Positions 1 through 15,388 of a DNA stretch of 64,000 bases are shown in pieces. The position numbers and the translations under genes are program-made. The DNA comes from Octopus sinensis (taxonomy: Eukaryota): the NCBI RefSeq assembly GCF_006345805.1, contig NC_043015.1, forward strand, positions 9,734,001 through 9,798,000, given 5' to 3'. The first letter of the stretch is position 1, and each line of letters begins with the position of its first letter. Under the pieces are notes generated by a model. That model saw only the letters and a list, made by a program, of their open reading frames with translations. It had not been told where the DNA came from and made no database searches.

Positions 1-1014
1 CCTTTGTTTTGGTGTATTTTCTGCTATTTTATTTGCTTCCAATTTTTTTTTCTTCTTACAGTTTTTACTACTGCTACTGCTGCAGCTGCTGCTTTATATA
101 TTACGTTTACTTTTGACTTATTCATGTTGCTGGTGTGGCTGCCTTCCTCTCTTTGGGATGTTGCTGCTGCTGTTTCTGCTTTTATTTCGTCTCTATATTT
201 TGTATACGACTGTTCACATATTAATTTGCAGGTAGGCGGATCTTGTATGTTTAACGTCACATTTCTCCAACATATTCTTTGCACACCATTGTTCTTTTAA
301 GCCGATATAAATTTAATCGCTCACTTGACACTTCCTGTCGGCGAGACAGCTAAATATAGATTTACAAGCATTATTTTCATTGTTGTTGGTTTTTTTTATC
401 TCAATGCCGTTCTGGCTGTCACGGGTGTATTGAATGAGAAATTAATTTTTTGGAATTTTTGCCTGTTCTTTCATATATTATGTTGTTGATATCAGTGTCA
501 TCATTGCTTCTATAGGTTTTTTTCTTTTTCCATTTGCCCCGCGGAGGTTATTGTACTTTATTGTATTTGTTGTAGTGTATAATGGTGGTGGTGGTGGTGG
601 TGGTGGTGGTGGTACTAGTGATAGTGATGGCGGTGTTAGTGGTAGTGTTGCATTTGCCTTTTTGCCTTTATCATTATATGTACATTGTGTGTTAATGGTA
701 AAAAGTTGATAGTGGAGTGGACATATTTTCATAATATATGTTGAAAAACGCATTATCTTCCTTGATTTCGGTGGCCATGTCGTTCACCTTTTTAAATGAT
801 GTGAAATATTGAATTATAAATTTCAAAATTTTGCTATTAAAAAGTCAACCAACTACTTCAAAGCAACCGACAGGAAGCAAAATGAGCTGGGTAATTTAGT
901 AGATAATCCAACAAATGTGCAAATAGGAAACTCTTAAAACGCAATTTACGCAAAATTTATGAACTTCGTACAAGAGAGCTCCTCTCCTTTAAAATACAAA
1001 TTCAAATGGAAATG

Positions 1015-1150
1015 CACATACTAATGGTGATGATGATTTTAATGATGCTGATGATGACGGTGACGACGACGATGACGACAACGATGACGACGGCGATGAA
1101 TATGACAAATCCCACAACGACAACCACGACTACCAGAAAGGCGACAATCA
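1015..1150. repeat. Degenerate (GAT/GAC)n trinucleotide tract
   Basis: gatgatgattttaatgatgctgatgatgacggtgacgacgacgatgacgac... Confidence 0.8.
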
Positions 1151-1900
1151 TAATAATATTTTTACTGAGCACACGGACCAAAAGAAGCAAGGACAGCGGT
1201 GGTCTTTTACATAAATGCGTGTAAAGAAAACGATAGCTGGCAAAACAATTATGATGACCAAGCAAATTAATAGGAACATTGAACGAATGCCGCACAGCGT
1301 AGACACCCAATTCACCAAGTTATGCACACTGCCCCATATTATCATCCCACACGCTGATAAAAAGAAGTGGGTCTCTCACTCGGTTATTCTCGACATTGTT
1401 GTTTACACCAGTAATATAAATCTATGGATTGATGGGGAAAATCATATTCTTTATGCAGAGCTTCCCTTTATGGTGGGATTTGAATATGCGAAGGGCGTTT
1501 GGTGTCTAAACAGATGAAGTGTTGCAGTCGCCACGCATCCGCTTTCATCGTCCCAATCGTATAGAAAACCTGTTTGTACTTCACGGCGATAAAAGGGTTG
1601 ATGGCGAACATTAAAACTGAGACGGCTGAATTAACTCCACAACTGAACTATGATTGCCGAGTGTATGATAGAGTCTGTGTACGACTCGAGCAGACGTAGA
1701 TAACTTTACTGCTGTGCAGTTAGATTTTATCCCAAATAGATATTTTCTGCAAGCATGAAAATCTTCCATACGGGCCCCAAGAAGAAAGTCCTCCGGAGAA
1801 GACGCAGCCAGTTGATTTTCCTTGACTGTCAGTTTCCGTGTGAATGTTGTTAGACAAATTCACCACTAGTATTATTTACACTATAAGGGAACAAACACTA
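1148..1900 (-). pseudogene. Possible decayed 7TM/class-A GPCR-like coding sequence (multiple stops and frameshifts)
   Basis: GC is higher than in the flanks. Minus-strand fragments include 'CGVNSAVSVLMFAINPFIAVKYKQVF' (resembles a TM3 end, ..AI[N/D]R[Y/F]IAV..) and hydrophobic segments 'ALSVCSLIV*IILVV' and 'MFLLICLVIIIVLPAIVFFTRIY'. There is no continuous ORF. Confidence 0.22.
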
Positions 1901-3344
1901 AGTGCATTTCTCGAATGGAAAAATAGTTATGTACGCCTGATAGCATTTTGGATGACAGGCACCATGCCTCAGTATTCACATGCCATGTATCGTGTGTCAG
2001 ATAATCACATATATGGGATTTTCCAAATGCTTCGTACTGAAGGCTTTTTTTACAAATAACTTTTGTTTAACCGAAAAACTGACGTATATTTATGACTTTT
2101 CTAGCAACAATTCTTTAGAAAGTTCAATATTAGGGACTACAAGGATTCTAAAGTTATTTGTTAAATATGTTGAAAAATTGAAGGAACCACTAGCCACCAG
2201 ATACAACGCACTGTCTCAACATAGTTAAATTCCATAATATCAGCAGCATTACAGATATGAATATGTCATACAACTTATTACATAAATGGAATTAATTGAT
2301 GGACTTGCGATTATCTTACTGCTTGAAGTCTCCTTCATTTATACCGTGTTCACCATCTCATAATTTCGAAATGATCGATAAGTTTCCCCTCTTTGATATA
2401 TCTCAACTCGCTAGTCTTTATTTGTTTTAATCTGTTATCTTCAATATTTTATTTGCATGATGTTTTCGACAACACCAGATTTACACGGTAAATACGGGGA
2501 AAATATAAGTGATAGAGATTACTATGTTCTACTAAATTACTTTACTAGTATAATCGGTTTGAAATAAGGAATGCTTCACCAGGTTCCCTATAGTAATGTT
2601 ACTAGAATGAAATAATGAAAGAAACAGCGGAAATACATATGCTTATAGAGGAAGAAATAACGTGAACCGAATATAGAATTAAACCTGCCCAGATAAAGAT
2701 GTGAAACATAACAGCATATTTTATATTTATTCCTGAATATTTCTAGTATCGCAATGAACATTTATTCAGCTTTTATTATCAAATGCAAGAGATTTGAGTC
2801 ATAGTGTATAATACATATTTGAGAAATGAAATTTCAGCACATTCCTTGAAAATCGTCCATTCAGTAATGTTGAGACATAGAATACACAAGCAAGCTAGGA
2901 AAGAAATAAGTAATACAGAACCGTATGGAATGAATTTATAATATTCTCCTACCAACAACGGATTTATCAGATATACCAGGTTAACATAACTTCAATAATT
3001 AAAATGACAAAATATCAAGAAAAACGTTCTATCGTTTTCCACCCAGCGCGATTTGGTTTATATTCACACACAGAACCGTAACGTATCCCACCTTCATTCC
3101 ACCATCGCAAGGATTTCATAATTCTCTTTATTCTTGCTTACGATGTCACCTCTCCACATGCACGTTTTCGATCTATCTATCTACATTTACACACGAAACA
3201 AGTCACTACTTCTCACCAAGCGCAACCGCCCTAATTGTGAATTATGAATATACTTACTAAATACTAAGACACACATATGTGCTCTCATCAATAAGTATCA
3301 AGCATGTTGCCATAGTAACGAAGCTAAAGCACTCAGATTGAAGC

Positions 3345-3720
3345 CGCTTGGCACAGATTGGCATTGAAGCTCATTTCCTCCGTTTCCAGCAGTGCTTGGA
3401 AGGATGGTGTGTAACGTCTGATTGTGGCATTGACCAGGGCAGGGAAAGTTGAGCAGAGATTCAGCTTCAAATTTTTGCCAAAAGATTGGCGATACCTTCT
3501 CAGAGGCCTACACAAGTTTGCAGAAAGTGTATGCGAGGATTGTATGAGCTGAAAAATATCGATAGTGATGAACGTTCTGGGCGACCAACAACCAGCAGTA
3601 CTGAGAATAACATCGCAGGTGTGCATGAATCTGTGAGGAGAAATCGTCGAATTACCATCCTTGAGTTATCAGAGGATTTTCAGATTAGTTACGGTCCAGT
3701 TCAATCCATAATCGCTTGAC
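3345..3720 (+). mobile_element. Tc1/mariner transposase N-terminal (HTH) remnant
   Basis: Frameshifted translation 'VEQRFSFKF..KIGDTFSEAYTSLQKVY...DSDERSGRPTTSSTENNIAGVHESVRRNRRITILELSEDFQISYGPVQSII' matches the mariner HTH pattern (EQR..IKF...DDERSGRP....DRR.TI.EI..ELGIS.GSV..I). Confidence 0.85.
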
Positions 3721-3824
3721 TGATAATGTACATGTCATGCATATATTTCGGAAAATCCTAATTTGTGTTTCCCATATTAATAAATAGGCAATAATGTCTT
3801 TTATAATACTACATACGTATGTGT

Positions 3825-3975
3825 TTGTGAATGTGCGTATGTATGTGTGTATGTATGTGTGTATGTATGTATGTATGTATGTATGTATGTATATGTGTAT
3901 TTATGTATATATGTATGCATGTATGTATGCATGTATGTATGCATGTATGTATGCAAGCATGCATTCATTCATGTA
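3825..3975. repeat. (ATGT)n / (ATGC)n microsatellite
   Basis: gtatgtatgtatgtatg... run. Confidence 0.95.
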
Positions 3976-4524
3976 TATATACTGGTTGCGTTTGTAGCCG
4001 AATATCTTTAAAAAATCGAATTGCAATAGAATATTGCTATGGGTTGTAAATTCGGAAAAATACTACACTCATTTTTACATATTCATGAGAAGTTACTGTA
4101 CATAAAAAAATTACGTGAAACTCACTGCAGTAAAGAAAAAAAAATAATAGAATGGTACTTGCCTCTAATGTGAAACGTGTGAGCGTTTCTTCTCTTTGAA
4201 ATCCAGGGTTACGTGGAGGATTGCTTGAAAGGGTGCAGTGCAGATTATTTTCCATTCCTAATGTATTTTGATTCTTCGTTTCCATTTGCAAAATACATTT
4301 GAACAATTGGACGCAATTCAAGAAGAGCAATTTAAGGTACTTTTGGGAAGAAATCGTACATTACGGGGAAAAAACAATCATAGACTCCAGATCGTCTTTC
4401 CGAATCAGGCATTAAGGCCATGGCTTAAATATTAGACACATTAGGAAAATTTCAGGTGACAATTTAAATGGTATTGCTTTAAATCCGACTCGTTCTCACA
4501 TGACGTTCATTTTCGGAAGCTGAG

Positions 4525-4535
4525 GCATAGACTCA

Positions 4536-4604
<69 letters not shown>

Positions 4605-4925
4605 ACACACACACACAAACACACACACACACACAAGTACACTCATACGTACACACAAGAACATTCATAGATCAATTATACATACACACACATGCATACA
4701 CACACACACAAACACACATACTCCTCCTTGCTTCTGTCAGCTTTTATTTCTCAACAAAAGCCCAAAAGACAGCCAGAAGCCACGAGATTTCTGATCATAA
4801 TGTGTTCCAAGATATACTCCTTTCTAGTGCATCAGCTCGCAGCCCCACATAACTAGCCTGTGAGATGCAAACATTTCGGAGTGCTTATCTGTTCTTCAGT
4901 CACAGAAACCGCTGACAAGAATTGA
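4525..4925 (+). mobile_element. Copy 1 of a ~400 bp tandem duplication: (CA)n plus an L1/Tx1-like reverse-transcriptase fragment
   Basis: 4721-4870 translates 'LLLASVSFYFSTKAQKTARSHEISDHNVFQDILLSSASARSPT*LACEMQ' and aligns with copy 2. Confidence 0.55.
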
Positions 4926-4944
4926 AATTTGAGCGTTCATTTTT

Positions 4945-4961
4945 GCACACTCTTACATACA

Positions 4962-5014
<53 letters not shown>

Positions 5015-5305
5015 ATACGCACACACAACAACATTCATAGATTAATTGTACATATACACACATACACACACACACACACACACACAAATACACATACTCA
5101 TCCTTGCTTCTGTCAGCTTCTATCTCTCCACAAAAGCACAAAAGATAGCCAGAGGCCGCCAGATTTCTGACCACAATGTGATCCAAGATATTCTCCTTAC
5201 TAGTGCATCCGCTCGCAGGCCGATATACCTAGCCTGTGAGATGCAAAAAATGTCTGAGTGCGTATCTGTCCTTCAGTCGCAGAAACCACAAGAACTGACA
5301 AGAGT
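4945..5305 (+). mobile_element. Copy 2 of the ~400 bp tandem duplication: (CA)n plus an L1/Tx1-like RT fragment
   Basis: 'STKAQKIARGRQISDHNVIQDILLTSASARRPIYLACEMQKMSECVS' resembles the non-LTR RT segment Q.AF..GRQISDN.....DI........L..DMQKAFD.VS. Confidence 0.55.
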
Positions 5306-6354
5306 GATTGTCTAATTGTATTCTAACGTTAATCGGCGGCTCACTGTGCGCAAATTACTGTGTGGCAGAGCTAAGTAGTGATGTATATAAATGCAAATTA
5401 AATAGCATTTCAAATATGCGCCATTTACTCTATTTTATCACGGATGAAATTGCTAACTTTCGGCAAATTGTGTAAATACACCTAGAATAAACTCGCAGCG
5501 CCACCGACCCAGACTGCGAGATGCATGTAATTATATTAAACTTCGGTTTCCTTAAATGCAAAAGTTGTGCATTTAAATATTCGTCAGATGGGTAGCAATT
5601 TAGAGAGATACGTGGTGTCAATCTTTCTGAATTCTTAAATAGCAAGTTTTCTTAAAATTGTTTAACATTGACACATATATGCCTTACAAATATTTAAAAG
5701 AATTCTCTTCATATTTAAAAAGATATGCGAGTGTTTTATGGGACAGATGCCTTAATGATCATTGAATTGTATAAGTGATTTATTTTGAATGCACAGAGCT
5801 ACTTAAATCCAGTGACATATATATGGACTGCTGTGTAGTTTCACATTCAAATATGATGCATTTAAGAATAAGTGAATTTAAAGCTTGACAGCGCATAAGG
5901 CAGCTTGTCAATGCCTTTATGTAATATACCGATGTAATTAATTCCCAAATGCCAATTTCCTGTTATATAAAACATGATATCTGTTTCGCCGTCATGAAGC
6001 ATTAAAATATTCAATAAATATTATACGATGAATTTTGAGTATTTGTAGCGAGGAATATACAATTAAATGAATAGAAAACAGGAAAATCCATCATACTAAA
6101 ATGTTTTTACACTAATTATATGCGTAAGAGACAATATGATAATTGAACCATTACAATAGAGACATAGCACAACACAGGATAATGATATTTGAAACAGGCA
6201 ACAAGGGGATCGCAAAAAAAAGTAAGAACTTTCCTCTCACAAAATTTTGGAAATTATGTGATACTGACATATTTGCTTATATACATATATTTACATACGT
6301 GATCGCCCCCACTGGCAGCATGACCTCTCTCCCATGACGTTCACACATATACAC

Positions 6355-7190
<836 letters not shown>

Positions 7191-7674
7191 TATAGACGAT
7201 AAGGGAATGGAGGAATGCAATACAGAGAAGTGTGTATGTGGTGCTAAATAGCCATTATTTAATTAATTAAACAAGGTGAGGTTAAAAGTAAGCTTACAAC
7301 TATTTCTGTGTACCATAAGCGAAGCAAGTAAATATTTACCTCGTTGCATGTAGCAGACGTCATCGGAACGAAGAAGGCAGATATAGACAAACAGGAGAAT
7401 AGACCGAAAGACACAGGGCAAAATCGGAGAAGCAAACGTTCAATGATTCGACAGTCTTACATTTTCGGTAGCACCACAGACATACTTGTATTTGTTGCTT
7501 TTCCTCCAATTTGTTATCCTCTATAAATACGGTTTACCTCTTGAATTACCTGCTGCCGTATACCTTATAACAAGGATCATACTTACTGAGGTAATTACCA
7601 GGAGTGCCTCTGGATAATTCTACAAATTAGAGGGCTTAACACCTCTAACTTCTACTTCACATAACATACACACA

Positions 7675-7722
<48 letters not shown>

Positions 7723-8139
7723 TATATATATATATATATATACATCCTCCTATCACACACCTACACCCACACATATACACACATATACATATCTGCATAA
7801 ATGAAGAAATTCATGTGCAAGAAATTCGCTCTTATGAACCGGACACAATCTTACACTCATAAACTCTTACATATACTCACACGTAGACATTCACATAATT
7901 TAAAGGAAAAAAAGGAATATAAATATATATATATATAAATTAAAAGAAGTTTAAATATATGGTATGCTTGTGCAGGAATATAGCAAAAACGTGGATTCTA
8001 GCCGTGATTTGGGGCACCCAAAACAATAAGAGGTATATTGTCACGTATGGATATGATCCAAAACGTTCAGGTCTTGATCTTAGATATGTTGCGGTCCAAG
8101 GTGATTTTTCCATTTGAGCCATTTTTCCATATTACATTT

Positions 8140-8270
8140 ACCTTGGTATAAGAATTACACTTGGCTATGATCTACAGTAAATCCTATATTTGACACCTTG
8201 TTCTTTTAAGGACCATATATATCTGGATAATTTGGTAGTGTTTCGTTTATTCCAGTGTCTGAAGCTTGAC
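8140..8270 (-). mobile_element. Penelope-like element GIY-YIG C-terminal fragment
   Basis: 'SSFRHWNKRNTTKLSRYIWSLKEQGVKYRIYC' + frameshift + 'IIAKCNSYTK' matches the PLE motif (..N.T.LSKYIW.LK....Y.I.W.I..K...Y). Confidence 0.75.
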
Positions 8271-8489
8271 ACGAGAACCAAAAGATTTCGGACATTTTTG
8301 AGTAGACATCTCCTCAACAGTCGTCATGATATCACTCCTACTTCTTAAATTAGCATGCACTAACATGATAATAATAATCGTGATGATGATGATGATGATG
8401 ATGATGATGACGATGATGCCACCTGAATGTAGAGGGTTAGTTGATAGCAGCAGCTAAAGTAATCCACGGTTTCATTATTTATCGAGCAA

Positions 8490-8690
8490 AGTCGCAGACC
8501 GGGCAGAACCGTTAGATTGCCGAGTAAAATGCTTCGCTTTGCGATATTATATCCGTCTTCGCGTTCTGAGTATACTTTCGGACTCGATAATATAAGTACC
8601 AGCAGAATATTGGGAACGATGTAATTGACTATACTTTCACCACCACAAATTTCAGGCCTTTTGGCTATAGTAGAAAGGATTATTTATCGA
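8490..8690 (+). mobile_element. Old, degenerate tRNA-headed SINE (family C)
   Basis: ggcagaaccgttag...gttctgagt...tcgataatataagtaccag...gatgtaattgact...tatagtagaaaggattatt is similar to the copies at 31485 and 57951. Confidence 0.6.
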
Positions 8691-8824
8691 GTACCATAAT
8701 TGAAATTTTGGTTGAACATCAGATGTACAGGCTGTTACCTTCAGCCCTTACACTTCTACTAATCCAAAACCGTAATTTTAATATATAAGATGATAGTATT
8801 TAAATTGCTTCATGAAGAAGATAC

Positions 8825-8984
8825 AGGAGTGGCTGCGTGGTAAGTAGCTTGCTTACCAACAACATGGTTCCGGATTCAGTCCCACAGTGTGGCACCTTGG
8901 GCAAGTGTCTTCTACTATAGCCTCGGGCCGACCAAAGCCTTGTGAGTGGATTTGGTAGACGGAAACTGAAAGAAGCCTGTCGTA

Positions 8985-9022
<38 letters not shown>

Positions 9023-9245
9023 TGTATCTTTGTGTGTCTGTGTTTATCCCGCTAGCATTGCATGACACCCGATGCTAGTGTGTTTATATCCCCGTCACTT
9101 AGCGGTTCGGCAAAAGAGACCGATAGAATTAGTACTGGGCTTACAAAGAATAAGTCCCTGGGTCGAGTTGCTCGATTAAAGGCGGTGTTCCAGCATGGCC
9201 GTGGTCATATGACTGAAACAAATAACAGAGTAAAGAGAGAGTATA
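8825..9245 (+). mobile_element. tRNA-derived CORE-type SINE (family B) with internal (AT)n
   Basis: Head gtggctgcgtggtaagtagc...ggattcagtccc; central ccttgggcaagtgtcttctactatagcctcgggccgaccaaagccttgtgagtggatttggtagacggaaactgaaagaagc; tail ggcggtgttccagcatggcc...tgactgaaac. Paralogues are at 16160 and 46074. Confidence 0.9.
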
Positions 9246-9994
9246 TTCAACGACGTGAGTTCTGTTTAGCAGGCCAAATACATTGCAAGGCGTTTGATCA
9301 TTGATCCACCACAAAAGATTTTATTTTGTACAGCTTATTTTAGTCATTTTTAACATAATTCTGTTAACCTCGACGGATAACACTCAAAGACATGGTAAAT
9401 GAAACAATATTCAGTATATCCTACATTATTATTGATTATTGCTTTGGCCATCCTCTAATAAAATTATCACTTCCTCTCGATATTTTCTTCGCTATATCAT
9501 TCACCTAGAAGTTTTCTTTTCCCTCTACGTGGTACGTTTAGGATGTCTGTATGTGTTTCTCCGCGCGCGGGTGTGAGAGTGTGTGTGAAGAGATACACAT
9601 TCGATAGAAAAAAATTAAGAAAATGACAATGGTGTGAGAACATTGATTCTTTTTATATAAAATTTCGCACGTAACGTTTTTATTTTTATCTGTATATTAT
9701 TACAGCGTGACATTCCTTTTAACTTTCCGTTCGCTGAAATGTTTTCTTCTTAGGTGTTATTTCTTTCACCCAAATGTAACTATTAGACAATTAAAAGGTA
9801 GACATCCAATACTTAACTTCACTATTTACTTTTTTATGTTATTCAGAAGGAAACGTATCATTCAAATATAAACTCATCGATCAAAGTTATTAAATATTGA
9901 AATTGATTATCGTTACCATCATTATATTTATTAGGATTACTATCATTCTTGTTGTTTTCTTGTCTTCGTGGTTCTTAGCATCAGCAACATCATT

Positions 9995-10018
9995 ATTGAT
10001 ATATGATTATTATTATTA

Positions 10019-10075
<57 letters not shown>

Positions 10076-10175
10076 TATTATTATTATTATTATTATATTA
10101 TATTATTATTATTATTATTCAGTAGTTTTATTTTTATAGCGTGCTTTCACTTCACTACCGTTATTATTATTATTA

Positions 10176-10257
<82 letters not shown>

Positions 10258-10290
10258 TATTATTATTAGCATTATTATTATCGTTATAAC
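9995..10290. repeat. (ATT)n array
   Basis: Read directly from the sequence. Confidence 0.95.
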
Positions 10291-10569
10291 TAATGCAACT
10301 ACTTCCAATACTTGCGTAAATAGAATCGATGTTGTTATATTCGACGTGTTTCAATATGAAATGTCTGTCAATAATTAGATTATTATTCATGTATGATAAA
10401 GATACAAAATATATTACAACATTAAAACTTGCTGCACCAAATTAACGGTTGAAATGTGAACAATGGTACTGCAGTAAACGGTATGAAACCATTTTAGAAT
10501 GCCTAGTAATGTCTCAAATATTAATGAAGACAATGTATAGGAGACAAACAGTAAAATAGGTATGCATGT

Positions 10570-10895
<326 letters not shown>

Positions 10896-13800
10896 ATACG
10901 CATTATTCAACAGGGAAACAGTTTGCATGCATTTACTCATAATGATGTCCTTGTTTAATTACACTTTTTAAAACTAAGTCAATATTTATATTTCTAAACA
11001 TTCAGCTCTCTTGCTCTTTATGAGATTTCCCACAATTATTTCCCTTAGAGTTATTCAATGACACTTATGCTGCAATAGCGTCTCCTATTATAACAAGGTG
11101 TATTTAGATATTAAAATGCTCATCCAATTTCAAGGGATTTTGTGTTCCGAATGAAATATAATTAGCTAGGAATTGAAATCACACAAGGGATTCAGCGCAC
11201 TGTGAAACTATATAATTATGTAATAATGTTGCTTTAAAATGATAATAACATATTGATGTTATTAAAAGTTTTATGCATTGAAAGAGAAAGTAGAAAGTGA
11301 AAGAAACAACTCAAATTTTTCACTCGCGCAGTGAACCAAAAGAAATGAACCAAAAGAATGCAAATTAGTTGAAACTTTTATCACGAGAATTGAAAAAAAA
11401 TAATGAATTACATTTGAGAAAATTAAAATGATATTTGCTGCCGATTACATGGATAAAAATATAAGGATTCATGAAATAAACACGGGAAAAATATTGAAAA
11501 TGTTGGAGAAAAACGACAGAAAATACTGGTGATTACTGAAAACATGGCTTCAGTTTCAATGTGAACGCGTGTTAATTGCTTGTTAAATATGACACTTCTA
11601 TACCACAATTTAATATCATAATTTATTATCTGTTTAAGCTATCATACTTGCCGCGGAAATATGATAAAGTTATTTGCAACAGGAGTTCATCCCAGAACAC
11701 GGTGGTAAACATTTAATGCTAAATTGTACAAATAAAGCCAAAAATATTAATTTGTAGTTTGCACAAATTGAAAAGGCAACAGTTGTGTTACGATGAGGTG
11801 TTGAACAGTTCTTGGCTTTAAGGGTGCCGCAAAAGACTTTCTTGTGGGCCAAACCTCCCGAGTTATTTTACAGAAAACCTCAAGGGCCACTACAATAAGC
11901 GTATATATGGAATAAAATCATGATTAACTGACCCCTGTTTTTTCTCTTTCACCCATGACCGGGACCTTTTCAGCACCTTTCGTATAAGATAACAATCATC
12001 ATCCTTTAATAACCATTTTTCTTCACATAATTATTCGCCATTTATGTATTCTTACTTGATTGAAACATAACTTCAAAGCTACTTCCAGATTCCTTAGACG
12101 CTACGTAGAACCTTCAGCTTCTTATATCCGCAATAACGAATAATCTAACAAGAACAAATCTTACAGCATTTAATCCCTTCTTCGTTACGCATCCATGAAA
12201 TGTGAATTCGAATTTTGGAATGATCTTCGTCGACGTAATACAAGTTAGAAACCAACAAGCTATCCATTATTCTAGTATGTTTTTTTTTTATTATAATCTC
12301 TATTTGTGTAACTTCATCTTCTTAAAATTGCTAATTAAGACTATGAAGATATCATAATCATTTTTATATTAAACTATTACGGTATCATAGTAATTTGATA
12401 TAAATCAATACTATTGATAATGTTATATTAGCCGTGATAGCTGATGGAAACTTGAATATAGTTAATACATATTATTTTCTTTCGTATAAATCGTAGAATC
12501 TATAATGTAGATGAATGTAAAACTGCATTTGCAAGAATATATGTAGGTGCTATTTACGATGTTGTTGTTGATTAGAACAGAATCAGAAGAGATAGAATAA
12601 ATCCAAGATGAAAACAATTTCAGCTGGTTTCGGCAGGCAGTGTAACATGGTCAGTGTATATTACACCACATCATGTAATATGTACTTTGCTTAAAAAAAG
12701 GATGTGGATTTTGACTGACTTTTATCCAGTAGCTCATAGCAATACTTTCTTCTAATTTCGAGGCCCATATTAAATTGATGCTGAGGAGAGGCGACTGAAT
12801 AACGAAATCTTATTAGGATTGTATATCTGTTGCTTTCTCAAAGAATATTATGGTGCATTACTCAACATTACTTAATATTTATAAAATGTCGAACTGAGAA
12901 AAAACTGATAACATTCAAATGATCAACAACAAATATTTATAGCGTTTTTCTTTATCGGTGGCTTTAATAATAACCTTTCATAGTGAGAAATCTTTATGAT
13001 CCATATATATTTCTTATACATAAAAGCAGCTTCTATTGCCGCAAAATCAAAAGCAATTATTTGCCGGAAATTGATAAATACGATCATGTTTAAACTATTT
13101 AAGAAGTCGATCGTTTTCAATCTAATTAAAAATGAAAGTAAGGAGAGATAAATACGTTATTTCTAAAGAAATACAATAATTTTATTTTTCTTACGCTTTT
13201 ATGTAAATGCGCAAATACAAGTCACTCGTTACTAAGATCGAGATACTTCTGACCTCACCATAGAAGCTCATTCTTCTACGCCATGACATGAAAGAAATCG
13301 ATAAGTTAATATATCATAGCATACATTTATTGAAATATGGATACAGAATTGTTTAGTGACTAAAAATACTTTCGGATATTTCGTCCAAAATAATATACAT
13401 ATTTCATTTATTGTTGACATGATAAAGGACAAAAGCATTAGAATGATATATAAAAATATGGGTATAATCTTGTATTTTGTAAATTCTTAATGAATACAAT
13501 CTTCTGTTTCTTTCCATGGGACACCAACTAAGGGAATAATTTTATTTTATATTTTCATTTGTGTTGCTTTCAACAGGGAGAATCTTTACATACACGTTGA
13601 AGAGGTAAGATCGTATGTTGTGCTAATTGTATGAAAAAAAAATAAAGAGCGTCCAATATATTTTTCACTTATTGTATATTTAAGGTACTAATGCGTGAAT
13701 CCTTAAATATGATAACATAATTTTTAAGTTCCTCCTGTTTTTTGCAAATGATATGGATTTATTCCATATTAACATGAAAATTCAACCACAAATACATTTG

Positions 13801-15339
13801 AGCATGGTTGTTGTTATACAATGATTTCTAAATAAGAATAGCAGCGGTTTCTCTAGATATCCGATATTGCATATATACGCACCTTTACATACAAGCGCGT
13901 ACACTCACACGCGCGCACACAAACACACCCGCACACATAAATTTATATTGCAAGCATTGTTCATCCGGGCCACGGTGTGACCTTTTCAATTTTTTACTTC
14001 GTCGCTCATAAAAGACAAAGTTATATATCATATGTTCGACAGATGATTGAATGCAGCACAAGCCAGATACTAAACTTTTGTCGGCAAAACCCTAAACTTT
14101 TGTCGGCAAAACTCTAGCATTACTGAAGTCCACTAGCACCATAAACCGACCCATGTAAATTAAAACATTATTTTTTACATTTAATTAAAAAGTCAATATA
14201 CCTGAATCTCTTACAAATGCTAATTTGCGTTAAATATTTTAATAAAAGAACGCTACATGATAGAAGAGAATTTATTATTTTTTGCATCTATAGTACCGAA
14301 GATTAGAACTAGAGATGCAGAAACAATATATTACGAGATCCATTGAACAATAATTTGGAATTCACAATTGGCAAACTATAACTCATCTGCATCAAACGTA
14401 GCATCTCAACATGAGATGAATTCCCATTATGATTTAGAATTTACTTTGCGAATTATCACATGCAAATATGTCGAAATTAATGTATAGGTCACTAAAATAA
14501 AATGACTGCATATTACCAAACGTTGCATTAAAATCAACTTCCTGAAATTATGCATAAGTTTTATGATAGAAATTAAAAGAGTGTTGCGACGCTTTGAAGT
14601 GCAGCTGCAGAATCTAAATTTCTTTTTTGTATCATAAAACAAATCGTGATATATATGTATCTGTAGGGATTCGTTTCATTCTCTGGCGATAAAGGAGTAT
14701 CGAACTAAATTCTGAATTAATCTCAACATCTAGTTAGTAGTTAGTTGGCATTAAACTTTTATATCAGTTACTTTTATATCAGTTACTGTGTAACACCAAT
14801 ACATAAACTTTATCAACATAACATTCCAGCATCAATATAAAGGCGAGAAAACTAGTAATTCTATAAGGATTTTCTCAAAGTATTTCAGTAAATATATACA
14901 AGATCTTAATTGCATGAAGCGGGGAGATACCAAGGTATTTTAAGCTTCATATGATCGTCACTCTTTCAATATCCAGTAACGGGAAAAAGTCACTCAATGA
15001 TACATTCTATTAAAATGCTTTTTCTTTAGATATGAGTGTATCTATGATTAATTGCATTGACTTCATTGATCATTTATTGAGAAAGCTCAGCCTAATGGCC
15101 ATTCTTTGGTTTTTTCATCTCATATTGAATATAATTATTAATTAATAATCGCACAATATATTTCATCTTATATGCGTATCATTTGATGTTATTCTGGAAT
15201 TGAATAAGATTTACGTTTCACAGCTTGTATGAGTAATAATGAATCAGTTGTAATCAAGCATCACACACACATACACACACACTCGCACACACACACACTC
15301 ACTCACGCACACACACACACGCGCGCGCGCACACACACA

Positions 15340-15388
<49 letters not shown>

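Noticed and set aside
24-284. 86-aa minus-strand ORF (..DPPTCKLICEQSYTKYRDEIK..)
   Set aside because: No recognisable domain, partly built on (GCA)n-like low complexity, and cut by the window edge.
7344-7480. Minus-strand 'YRKCKTVESLNVCFSDFALCL', a GPCR TM2-like string
   Set aside because: A single short motif flanked by stops, with no TM3 or other helices in register.
14070-14112. 22-bp direct repeat x2 containing a small hairpin
   Set aside because: Only two adjacent units with no spacers, so a simple slippage duplication and not CRISPR. The same applies to short duplications near 14755 and 53925.
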